From assembly GCF_006345805.1 (NCBI RefSeq), contig NW_021832242.1, positions 1 to 61,622 of the forward strand: DNA of 61,622 nt. Direction: 5' to 3'. Origin of the DNA: Octopus sinensis (taxonomy: Eukaryota). Position numbers and translations under genes: made by a program. The notes below the pieces were generated by a model. That model saw only the letters and a list, made by a program, of their open reading frames with translations. It made no database searches and was not told the DNA's origin. Shown here in pieces: positions 50,601 to 61,348 of the stretch (position 1 is its first letter; every line of letters starts with the position of its first letter).

Positions 50601-51492
50601 GAGGTTTTTTATATTTTCCAATAATCAATGGATTAAGTTTTCCCCCGATTAAACTGCAGCATAGAAGAACAGTGAGTCTTTCTTTCCCTTGTTTATAACC
50701 AAAACACGGTTCGCCTTGTTCAACAAATGATTTTTGAGGAGTTCTTTTTATAAAAAGCGCAGTTTCATCACAATTAAATATATTCTCAGGTCCATATTTT
50801 AATACTTTCTGGTCATATTTTTCAAAATAATTTTTCACATAAGATAAATCACATGAAGCTTTTTCACCACATATTGACTTGAATTGAAGTTCATGCCGCA
50901 ATTTAAATCTATCAAGCCACCCATTGGAAGCTTTAAAAGAAGTAAATCCAATTTTTGAAGCTGTAACTAAGGCAATTTTTTTCAAAATAGGGCCTGAAAT
51001 CGGAATTTTATCTACGCGTAGTCTTTGAAATATTTCAAAGACTTGATCATCAAATTTATCTTTATCGGCTTTAAATGTGTCATATTCCTCAGAAATAGTA
51101 TTGCCGTGTTGCAAGAAAGGTACAATATTTCGTTTTATTCTTGATATTGTTCCTTTACTTGTGTTGTACTTTTTCATTAGTTGCCTCTCAGATAAATTTT
51201 TCTTCAAAATTTCTTTAGCAATCTTCAATTTAGTTTCGTAATCCATAACCACAACAATAAAAATATAAATTGAAAATAAAACAAAAAATAATTAATTTAT
51301 TATAATTTTATTTTATTTTTAATTCCTTATAAATGATTTTATGGTGCCCCAAAAATTCCATAATTTTTTATCGATTTTTATTTTTTTTCTGCCAAAATGT
51401 ACTTTTGGAATAAAGTGCCCCAAATTGCGGGGGTGCCCCAAAATCCGAGGGTGCCCCACCCCTGGGGTCTGCCCCATTTTGGGGTCGGACTG
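47618..51492 (-). mobile_element. Tigger/pogo element 2 (DD29D), hosts a hAT
   Basis: TIR CAGTCCGACCCC; TA flanks; ORF 50254-51246 (FKASNGWLDRFKLRH, NCDET, LDNAGCH, QPLDMG); the tail resumes at 48002. Confidence 0.92.
48003..50128 (-). mobile_element. hAT (ZBED5-like Buster) element with 4 mini-introns
   Basis: TIR CAGAGGTTTTCAAAC / CATAGGTTTTCAC; perfect TSD TGTTAGAC; BED finger, IDESTD, CTDGA, HCFLHRE, RWLSRG, TTYLCE. Introns 49708-49740, 49149-49179, 48594-48616, 48451-48477. Confidence 0.93.
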
Positions 51493-52144
51493 TATTCCTA
51501 AATATTATATTGAAAAACTTGTTTTATCTATGAAAAAACGTTGTTGGGATATTTTTATGGCAAAAGGAGGAAATACCAGATATTAATTACAAAGTTTTTA
51601 ATTTTGAATCATTTTTTTTGTCACTGACATATACTAACATATTGTGTGTTGTGCTTTTAATTTTTCCAAATTAATGTAATTAGCAAATATTTTATTAAAA
51701 TAAGATCATAATAATTACAACTAATCTACTAAGTTTTTTGAAATTAGAATATTTATAAGATTTTCAAAAAAAAACTAAATATGAATTTTGAATCATTTTT
51801 TTTGGCGAGGAGTGTAGATTCTGTAAGAATCAGAAGAGGGGTGTCATTTTTGGAGAAGGATACGATCTTAAATCATGTCCTTTGCAGAAGGAGTCCAAAA
51901 TGAAGTGTGTAAACTTTAGTTCAGACGAGCACCTTTCCTGGTTTTCTGGCTGTCTACATGCAAGAGAAGCACAAAACAAGCATACACCGAAGGCTACTTC
52001 TTTCACAAGTGCTTTAAGGGCTCAGTCAGTGTGGAATCATTCGGATTTAGGTAGAGGAAATCTAATTCCATGTTCATTGCTTAATAAATCCCCAATATTT
52101 ATGAAATGAAGTAATAATATCAATTTTATTCTTTAAAATATAAT

Positions 52145-53000
52145 TTATGGATCAAATCGAATGCAAGCCTTTTTCCACTTGCACTGGTTACACCAAGAAT
52201 CCCTCTGATGAATTCCGTAAAATTTGCGACATTTTCCTATTTTTTGAGCTTTTCTTGGCTGTTTAGGTGAAATTACTGCCTTTTTAACTTTATAAAAATT
52301 GGATTTCTTGTATATAAGGATTAAGTCAAGAAACCGATTTATTCAACGAATTTATTTTCCCTTTTCCGGAAAATAAAAATTCCGAGATTTTAAATACGTT
52401 CAATTTTCTTTTTAACTTTTTACGTTCTCTTGGGTTTATGTGGCAGTAAATCGACGATTCCAAATGCATGTAGCTATATCTAAAAATAAATATCACTAAG
52501 TGTTCCAATATTTATTCCAATTAAAATGAATCTTACAATGGCAAACTTTCTGGTACTTGATTTTCATCACTTACGTCACTGTCAGAACAGTTTTGCAGTT
52601 CAAAAAAACCTTCTTTCAAAAAAGACATGTTTTCACTTTCCAAAGACTTCTAAAAATTGTAGTTAAGAGGATTAATCTATTCTTAAAAAATCGACAAAGT
52701 TGTATCAATCATTCTAAGTTCTGTCTATTAAATCAGCAGGCATTTTAAAAGAATATTTACTATCTGAAATGCTCAAATCGCAATCGACTTGTCAGAAACC
52801 ATCTGACAGCGATGACGTAGTCATACCGGCATATTTGAATCCTTCTTCGAGAGCATTTTGATGGTTTCATTGAGGCGTCGAAAAACAGAATTGTCACTAT
52901 CATTCGATGAGAGATTTGCTTGTAGTTAAAATTATGTAAAAATACTCCCAAACGTATCCTTAAAGTCCATTTGATCCACATTGAGTAGATCTAAATTAGG
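52145..53000 (-). CDS. C-clamp gene of ZNF395/ZNF704/SLC2A4RG type; 3' exons clear, upstream exons unresolved, possibly a pseudogene
   Basis: C-terminus KCRKFYGIHQRDSWCNQCKWKKACIRFDP* (52145-52234) matches the CR3/C-clamp KCRKVYGM..RD.WCT.CRWKKACQRF; 28-nt intron at 52307-52334. Confidence 0.65.
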
Positions 53001-53289
53001 AGGAATTGTTTTAAAATTACCTGGAAAGACTATTGTTAATCATCTTAAACAGTATTACCTACGATGCGGCAAATAGTTTTGTAAATATCAATTATACATG
53101 TATAGTTATTTAGGTTTGCCTTTGTGAAAGTACTTTTTATATAATTTCAATAAAAGCAAAGTTTCATTAAAATTAATTGTAATTAGTTCCTTATTTATTT
53201 CTTCTCTTAGCTCTCCTTCACTTGGTGCCTGGTCATCCTGTAGGTGGGGCTGTATGTTCTTTCGATCCTGAATTTTGATCCCAAAATGT

Positions 53290-53735
53290 GAATGTTCAGC
53301 TAGTTGAATTCAATCATAGTGCTTAAATTCATGCTATCAAGATCTTTTTCAGAGAAACAGACCGGATATATACTCTCACCGAGACCTCAACTTTGAACGA
53401 ATTCATGTGATGTCTGTACTACCGTGAAACAATTCCGTCCCGGGATAGAACGAGCGGAACATTTTTACAGTCGCCTCGTGGATCAGATCCAACTCAGAAG
53501 CCAGGAGGTCGTATTCGTGGGACTTCTCCACTTTCACTTGATTCAGTGAGATCTGTGATATTATTCCAACCTGGATAAGAAATATCACGTCCTGTGCCCT
53601 GTCCATAACAAATATGTCCGGTCGGCTGTTTTTTACATCAAAGTCTGTCCTGAGAACGGTGTCTACTCGTATTTCAACAAGATCGTTTGTCTCCACTGAC
53701 TGAACAGAATTAGTCTTGAGATTCCTGGACATTTT
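53290..53735 (-). mobile_element. R4-like RLE LINE 3' fragment
   Basis: LKTNSVQSV...IRVDT...RPDIFV...QVGI...EKSHEYDLL. Confidence 0.8.
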
Positions 53736-53762
53736 ATTTCATTTATCTTACAAGGTCTAAAT

Positions 53763-55904
53763 CAGGGCTGGCCAACCCAAGGCCCGCGGGCCGCATGCGG
53801 CCCGCGATGGAGTTTGGTGCGGCCCGCGAGAGAAATTTTGTATGTAGTTAACCTATAAATACATTCAAGATAATTTTTCTTAAGTTTAATAAATAAAGAT
53901 AAATTTTATAAGTTTAATAAATTTTAAAGTTTATCTATTTTTGTAGCTGTTATCAATATGAAGAAAAGGAAAATTTTTGAAGAAAACAGGCAATTCAGCA
54001 ATCATTGGGAAGAAGATTACTTTTTTATAATGCATAATTCCAAGCCAACATGTTTAATTTGCAAGGAGAAAGTATCGGTGGTGAAAGAGTACAATGTAAG
54101 AAGACATTATGAAACAAAGCATTCCGAATACGCGAAATTTAGTAAGGAATTGAAAACAAGGAAACTGGATTCGCTTAAATCTGAATTGAGAAATCAGCAA
54201 AGACTATTAAATTCATCGATACACTCTTCTTCTGATACTGTTAAAGCAAGCTACTCTGTTGCAATGATAATTTCAAAGAGAATGAAATCATTTTCGGATG
54301 GAGAATTCGTAAAAGAGTGTTTGGATGCTGTCGTGAAAGACATTTTGCCAGATAAAACTAAAAAGTTTTCAAACATTAGCTTGTCACGTCAAACCATATG
54401 TCGCAGGGTTAATGACATTTCAAATGAAATTGTGGTGACTTTGCGTGATCAAATAAAATATTTCAAAAGTTATTCTTTGGCCTTTGACGAATGCACGGAT
54501 ATATCAGACACGTCTCAACTTGTAGTATATATTCGTGGAGTTACCGAATCTTTTCAAGTGAAACAAGAAATGCTTAACCTTGTCAGTTTGAAAGATACTA
54601 CAAAGGGCGAAGATATTTTCCAAGCTGTTATGAAATGTTTATCCGACAATGGAGCGAATTTAGAGACCCTTGCTGGATTGACAACAGATGGGGCGCCGGC
54701 TATGATTGGAAGAAATAAAGGAGTTGTAAAGCTAATAATGGATGAGATGGAGTCAAGAAGCATAAAAAATGATTTATTTGTAATACACTGCTTGATACAT
54801 CAACTCAATTTGTGCGCGCAAGTGTTGTCTATGAACCATGTTATGAGTGTGGTTGTAAGAACTATAAACTTCATTCGTTCTCATGCACTTCAACATCGCC
54901 AGTTTAAAGAATTATTGAACGAGTTATATTCTCACTATGGTGATCTTGTGTATTTTTCCAATGTCAGATGGCTGAGTCGCGGAAAATGTTTAAAACGTTT
55001 TTTCGACTTGAGAGAAGAAATCAAAAGTTTTATGATGCATAAGAAAATGACATTAACTGAATTAAATGATGAAGAATGGATGCTAGATCTGTGCTTTTTG
55101 GTAGATATAACCGAAAAAATTAATCAATTAAACAAGGAGTTACAAGGACAGGATAATTTGATTACTAATGCATGCCATCAAGTCAAAGCATTTCGAATGA
55201 AATTGTCATTGTTTGAATGTCAAATAAGAAATGGAAATGATCAACATTTTCCAACGCTAAATCAATTTAAAATCAGCCATTGTAAAAATTTCTTCAAGTA
55301 CGCTGATGAAATAAAAAATCTTGCTGCAGCATTTGACAGTCGATTCTCGGAACTAAAAAAATATGAGAAAATGTTTGAAACATTTTCTTCTCCATTTCAT
55401 GTTGACGTTTCTATTGTTTCAAATACTTTGCAGACGGAAATAATTGACCTACAGTGCAACAGTGAACTAAGACTTGTTTATCCTACTATATCCAAAATTG
55501 ACTTTTATAACAAATATGTGACTGCAGAAAAATATCCCAACTTAAGAATTTTTGCACAAAGAGTTGTAAGCTCCTTTGGATCTACTTACGTATGTGAATC
55601 ATTCTTTTCGAAATTAAAGTTTAGTAAAAGTAGATATAGATCTTCTTTAACAGATAAAAACTTAGAAAACCAATTAAGATGTGCAACTAGTAATTGTGAA
55701 GTTGATTTGAAAAAATTAAATGAAGATAAAGAAAAACAGATTTCTCATTGATACGTATAATTGGACTGAATGCTATTTTACTAAATAAAATCTTATCTGT
55801 GTTGTTTTGATATCTATCCTTAGTATGTACATGTATATGCGGCCCGCGGAAAGGATTCATTTGGACAAAGTGGCCCGCGATGCGATTTGGGTTGGCCAGG
55901 CCTG
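53763..55904 (+). mobile_element. Full-length hAT (Buster/GTF2IRD2-like) transposon, 2142 bp
   Basis: TIR CAGGGCTGGCCAAC / GTTGGCCAGGCCTG; perfect TSD GTCTAAAT; GCGGCCCGC subterminal repeats. Confidence 0.97.
53958..55751 (+). CDS. Intact intronless hAT transposase, 597 aa
   Basis: BED finger CLIC...H...H, catalytic FDECTD / TTDGA / YVCES, HCLIH (CxxH), RWLSRG. Confidence 0.95.
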   Translation: MKKRKIFEENRQFSNHWEEDYFFIMHNSKPTCLICKEKVSVVKEYNVRRHYETKHSEYAKFSKELKTRKLDSLKSELRNQQRLLNSSIHSSSDTVKASYSVAMIISKRMKSFSDGEFVKECLDAVVKDILPDKTKKFSNISLSRQTICRRVNDISNEIVVTLRDQIKYFKSYSLAFDECTDISDTSQLVVYIRGVTESFQVKQEMLNLVSLKDTTKGEDIFQAVMKCLSDNGANLETLAGLTTDGAPAMIGRNKGVVKLIMDEMESRSIKNDLFVIHCLIHQLNLCAQVLSMNHVMSVVVRTINFIRSHALQHRQFKELLNELYSHYGDLVYFSNVRWLSRGKCLKRFFDLREEIKSFMMHKKMTLTELNDEEWMLDLCFLVDITEKINQLNKELQGQDNLITNACHQVKAFRMKLSLFECQIRNGNDQHFPTLNQFKISHCKNFFKYADEIKNLAAAFDSRFSELKKYEKMFETFSSPFHVDVSIVSNTLQTEIIDLQCNSELRLVYPTISKIDFYNKYVTAEKYPNLRIFAQRVVSSFGSTYVCESFFSKLKFSKSRYRSSLTDKNLENQLRCATSNCEVDLKKLNEDKEKQISH

Positions 55905-57453
55905 GTCTAAATGAATACACCTGACATCTTTGTTTTGGCTCCGTATTTAATGACCATTTAGCATTTTTCCGCACCTTGTTGGTAAGCGGTCCACCGTCGT
56001 CGACCTTGTAATCCACAATTAAATATTGGTCTTTCATCATATATAGGGTTGGTTCGCTAGCTGAGAAGTTTTTTAAATACTTTTGCCAACACAAAGACTC
56101 AATTATGTCCCCTAAAAATTAATTTATAGTGATATTATTAGTTAAAGATTTTTAATTTTTTGTTTTCTCACTAACAGATGTCAACAACCTTGCTGCTATT
56201 TATAACCCTGCTGACACTTCTGACCCGAGAGGGTGTGCGGCATTTGCCTTGGGTGTGCAGCATAAAAGAGCTCTGATCCAATAACAACACAGAACTGTCC
56301 AAAAATGCCATTTCACATATTATTATCAATTGCAAAAAGTTTTACTCAGATAACTGGAAAACCAAAAGATAAAGAAAAATGATTCCCTGTATAAGAGTGG
56401 ACAATTCATGAGCTCATTAATTTGGTTTTTTTAACAAAAGAGGTAATCAGAGAAAACTTTTTATTAAATTACAACAAATAAAAATTTTTCTCTAAAAAGT
56501 CAATTTTATTGACCTTGAAATTTTAAAAATTGTTTAAAAATCGACCTAAAAATACAGGTCGTATACAGATGCTGATTGATTCATTGTTCAGGAACATACC
56601 GACTGATGAGATCGGTAACGCATTGAGCCAATCTGCCGAATGTAGTTGACAAGCGCGATGAATACTTGCTAACTGAGACTGGTCGGCGTGGGAGCAGATA
56701 ATTTTTTAAACAATTGTCTTCGATAATTTTTTTTACAAAAAGTGCTTCGACACAAGCAATCAATTTTGTTGACTTGATAATTTACTTTTATTTAAGTGCA
56801 TAATTATGCACCAAATGAGCAAAACATGTGATATAGTATGGATCACAATAAAATAATTTTAGAGTACTTCCTGCAAAAACTATATATGAAGCAGCATCAG
56901 TGATATGAAGAGAAAAATTCTTTTTTTTAATTAATTTTCCCTATAGTGTCATTAACAATTTCGACCTATAATAGAAGAATTTGGAAAGAAATCAAATGTT
57001 ATAAAATTTTTTTAGATAATATCTTTGTAAATTTGCAAACGTTCCAACTAGACAGTCCACAAACAAAAAACCTTAACAATTAAATAATTCAAAATAACTT
57101 TCTTTTGTTGAGCTAAAATTTCTACTATATAGCGGCAAGTAAACTTTAAAAGAAATGGATGTCCAGCACTTTCGAATAAGTTCGTTTACAAAAAAGCATT
57201 ACATTCGGTGCAATAAAAAATTTTTTTGGGATCTTTTTCGCGAATATTTTTAGCTTTTATAAGATCAGAAAGCTCATTTTTATGGATATCTTTATAATTT
57301 AGAAAAGACTTTTAAAATAAAAAAAATGTGATGCCGATTATTTTAAATTTATTTTGACGCTTAAAATTATGATATATTATTATTTAATTTTTTATTTAAA
57401 AATTGACCGATTAAAAAATGTGACCGGTGTTTGAGCGGACCAGGTTCGTATAT

Positions 57454-57587
57454 ATTTTTTTTTTGATTAAAATTTTTATTTAATTTTCTAATTAATGGGG
57501 AATAAGTTATACACGAATTAATAAAGAGCCTGGAGGTCAGCTCAAAGTCGCCGCACTGCGTATCGAGTGGCAGTTTCCGCGGAAAAT
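57454..57587 (-). mobile_element. Extremely 5'-truncated CRE-like LINE end with 11-bp TSD
   Basis: IFRGNCHSIRSAATLS*; T-run at 57455-57464; TSD GGTTCGTATAT (57443-57453, 57588-57598); an empty version of the repeat unit is at about 57668. Confidence 0.8.
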
Positions 57588-57895
57588 GGTTCGTATATTA
57601 AAATAAAAAATGGATAAACTAATTTATTCTTATTTGAAAAAAATGTGACCGGTTTTTGAGCGGACCAGGTGCGTATATTAAAATAAAAAATGGATAAACT
57701 AATTTATTTTCAAAAAATTTACCTAAAAATAAAAAAATTGACCAGCGGTTCTCAAACCTTTTTTAGACTGAAGACCACCTTAAATAAAATAATTTTTTTT
57801 CTACTAGCGCACAATTTTTGGCCTCATCGGGGGCATTTTTTTGCAATTAAATGGTATAGTTAAAATTTAATAATAAACGTAAAACAATTTATTTT

Positions 57896-58140
57896 TAATT
57901 TGAATTAGTAGGGTTTTTGGCCCCAATTTGCTTTGTTTCCTACGTGGTTTGGGGAGAAGAATTGCCAAAAGAAGGGACGACCTGAGAGAGTCCTTTTGGC
58001 TTCTTCAACGCTTCTCCATTGCCATAATCCGCGGCAACTGTTTCGCAATCCGTGATGTTGGGAGGGCGTCCTAAACTGCGTAATCTTAAACAAACTTTCT
58101 TTTTTTCTAACATTCTGGATGAAATTTTAACTATTAAAAA
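57896..58140 (+). mobile_element. CRE-like LINE 3' end
   Basis: FWLLQRFSIAIIRGNCFAI*; short poly(A); possible TSD AATTTATTTT (low complexity). Confidence 0.7.
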
Positions 58141-58559
58141 AATTTATTTTCACGATTTCGAATTTCCTGAGACTCTTTGGAGAAGATGAAGAGTCTCGTT
58201 GTGGTTTTTGCTTTTCTTAGCGATCTTCGTCCCCAGCCAACGAAAAAAAAGAAAGTGATTCCGGACCGATTACCCCTAATTTCTCGGCGGCTATTGGCGC
58301 AAAAATTTGATTTCTAGTCAGGAACGAGTATTTTTTTGATTTTATGAGCTTTACGAGTTTTGCCGCCGAGCCGGGCTCAGCAACTGATGAGACATAAAAA
58401 ATATCATAACAGACAATTTAGCAATAATTCGGTGAGATTTCTGATCTTTTTGTTCAGAATAATTATACTTACTGGTTCTGGTTCTATGTTGTATGTCTGG
58501 TTTTATGTTGGACAAAGCTACTTGCATATCATCTTATACCTGTGGTTATTTCTATATTT

Positions 58560-60050
58560 TGTTTTTATCGCCGACCACTTCAAGAGACGACTCCAAACAG
58601 ATGACACTTATACAACCACATTAATTGGTCATCCGCGAGGTTTATTGAACGAAATAACACTCTCGGAGGTCCTAGAAGCATTTCACCGTATGAACAATAA
58701 CAGAGCTGCAGGATATGATGGAGTCCCAGGGGAACTACTCATATACGCTCCCAACAGTCTAGCGAGCTTTTTCGCACAGATACTGAACAAGGCGTTTGCC
58801 CAACACTGCCCACTTCCAATCGGGACAGGAATAATAATACCCGTCCAGAAACCGGGCAAACAATGGGGACCCTGTGGAAGCCTGACACCGGTTGTATTAG
58901 TCACCTTTCTAAGGAAAACTCTATCGACTATTGTTCGAAACCGAATATCAAGATCAGTTGATCGTTATCTCTTGCAGTCAGAGTGGCTTCAGACCTGGAA
59001 GATCCACGGCTAATATTGTTTGGACCCATCGCTGGATCAATGCAATATGTCAGAAGTATAAACGATCCTTTCATGTCCTGGGAATCGACATGAGCAAAGC
59101 TTTTGATAGCATCAACAGGAGTAAACTACTTATCGTGTTAAAGAACATTGTAGATGAAGACAGTCTACGCATGATACATATGCTATTATTGGAAACTCAA
59201 CTTCTTGTCAGAATTGGCCCTAAGGAGTCTAGACTATTTCCTACAAATGTTGAAACCCCACAAGGGGACACACTATCGCCTATATTATTTATCGTCTATC
59301 TGGAGGCAGCTCTGAGAGACCTAAGAGTAGAAATTGGATGTATGGACAACCAAGTTGTGGAACTCATATACGCGGATGATCTTGATTTTATTACGAAGGA
59401 TCGGAAATTAATAGAAATTATTATGGAGAAAGCAAGAACAATTTTCGATAAATGGTCACTCAATGTCAATAAAGAGAAAACCGAAATAACCACCGTCGAA
59501 CGTATGCCAACTCGCATAGATGAGAAGTGGCGAAACGTCCGAAAACTCGGATCTCTTCTTGGCGATTCCGAAGATATTACCAGACAAAAAATATTATCAA
59601 CAATTGCACTTAAAAAACTTCAATCTATCTGGATGAGAAAAAACCAAATTTCGACTAAGATGCGCATACGATTATATAAAGCATTTGTCCGACCTGTCCT
59701 CATGTACAACGCAGGTACTTGGGGACATCAAAGAAAAACATGGAGCAACTTGACTCTTTCCACAGTGGTCAACTGAGAAAACTCCTTGGCTATTCGTGGC
59801 CGAAGAAAATATCAAATGATAAATTATACAGGTTAGCTAACTGTGGGCCTATAAGTCTAAATACTTACGAAGGAATATGCTATGATCGGAGGCTGATTGA
59901 AGGATGCAGACGATTAGGAAGAAATCAGAAAGAGGGCAAGACGACGGAAGAGATGGAAGGGTCTAACAACAAGAATAGTTAAAAACATGGCACAAGCGAA
60001 ACCATAAACTTTGTTTACTGGCAACGCGAACGTGCATTAACTAACTAACT
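58560..60050 (+). mobile_element. 5'-truncated RTE-like LINE (RT), frameshifted
   Basis: AAGYDG.PGELL, QSGFRPGRST, GIDMSKAFDSI, PQGDTLSPILF, YADD; (TAAC)n tail near 60040. Confidence 0.88.
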
Positions 60051-60461
60051 AGATAGTAGATTGTTTGAGAATAAAAGTAATGATCGTTAATGATAATTGT
60101 CATATATCCTGACCAGTCATATCCAAACTAAAAAAATCTTTAAATCCACTTTACGCTAAACATTAACACCTGTCTTGTTGCTGTGTGAAATATTTGCTGT
60201 AATAAGTTTCAAGGTCTTTGTATTGTGATTGTTTAAAATTCTAGAACCTTTGGCTTTAATTTTTATAAGCACGTTAAACCGACTTTGCAAGCACATGAAA
60301 GACCACTTGAACCTTACTGAGTTGCTTCCTGAATGTATCTGAGACATGATCAGAGCATGTATATTTTCCTTCTGGTCTTTTTGAGTGAAATTTTAACTTC
60401 TTTGGCGTCATTTCTCCTAAGAAGTTTGTATGCTTTCTCGAAGTTGGAATTTCGCTTATTT

Positions 60462-61348
60462 TATACCATTTTTTATACTAAATGGCATTAACACCAAACT
60501 AAGTGGAGTCAATAGAAAACAAAATGGGATTAGCAGTAAATTAATTGGAATCAATTGAAAACTAAGTGGGATTAATACCAAACAATATGGGATTAACAAC
60601 AAACTAAATGGGATTAACACCAAAAAATTCTTTAAAATGTAATGTTAACCATATTTACAGTGTCACCAATATTTCCCTGTATTCCAGAAATAAAGTTTAC
60701 ACCATTTTTAAATGTAATTGTTTTTATTCTATCTACGATTATTTTTTCAAGTATTGTCTTCAATAATTGACAAATTTTTCCTTTTTTGAATACAATTTGG
60801 TTTTTAAAGAAAAGATGTCGCTTTTCAGATAAGCTTTTACTTTTGACCATACATTTTCGATGGGGTTAAGCATTGGAAAATCATTAAATTCTTCCAATCG
60901 AAGAACTTTGATACCACTGTGAGCTGGTGCATTTTCCAACATAATATTAACTGGAATACCATGTTTGGTCCGTGCTTACCTCAAACAATTTTTCATCTAA
61001 TGAAAAGTCTGATATTTTTAAAAAGCTCCTTTTACGATGTTAAACGGGTTTGACGAGTGACGCTGTCATCAGTGAATTTGTCTAAAAGTGACTCACACGC
61101 AAGAAAAACACGAGAAGCGTAAATCGAGATTTCAAGCAATACTTGAATTTGATATTGATAATTGTGGAAAATGTAATTCAATTTTTCGTTTTATTCCATG
61201 AAAAATAATTGTTTTATCCTGTTTGACGCATGATATTGTAAATTCGACATGCTCTTTGTTAAACTTTTTTTCATAATTGCCACCTAATCTCACTTAGTTT
61301 TTTATTGATTCCACTTAGTTTGGTGTTAATCTCATTTAGTATGGTATA
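60462..61348 (-). mobile_element. Internally deleted Tc1/IS630-like element with repetitive TIRs
   Basis: Inverted ends TATACCAT..ACTAAATGGCATTAACACCAAACTAAGTGG; about 21-bp subterminal repeats; remnant ENAPAH...PMLNPIENVWSKVK. Confidence 0.65.

Larger units (their letters stand above)
43731..51814 (+). mobile_element. Tc1 (DD34E) element with long IR/DR-type TIRs, about 1535 bp once four nested inserts are removed
   Basis: TA|CACTCCTCGCCAAAA ... TTTTGGCGAGGAGTG|TA; about 215-bp TIRs with inner and outer AAAAAAATGATTCAAAA repeats. Transposase 44844-45396, 45425-45784, 51495-51586 gives an open 334-aa frame. Confidence 0.93.

Noticed and set aside
55687-56094. 135-aa ORF as a complete gene
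   Set aside because: Chimeric: it runs from flanking sequence into the hAT terminal region.
19035-57590. Conserved ACTGC-loop-GCAGT hairpin at about 19045 and 57555 as a novel ncRNA
   Set aside because: Both are the antisense of coding GNCxSIRSA in CRE-like LINE ends.
33259-57790. hAT-like left ends at 33259, about 36328 and 57743
   Set aside because: No matching right TIR or TSD found; treated as solo ends and not called as elements.
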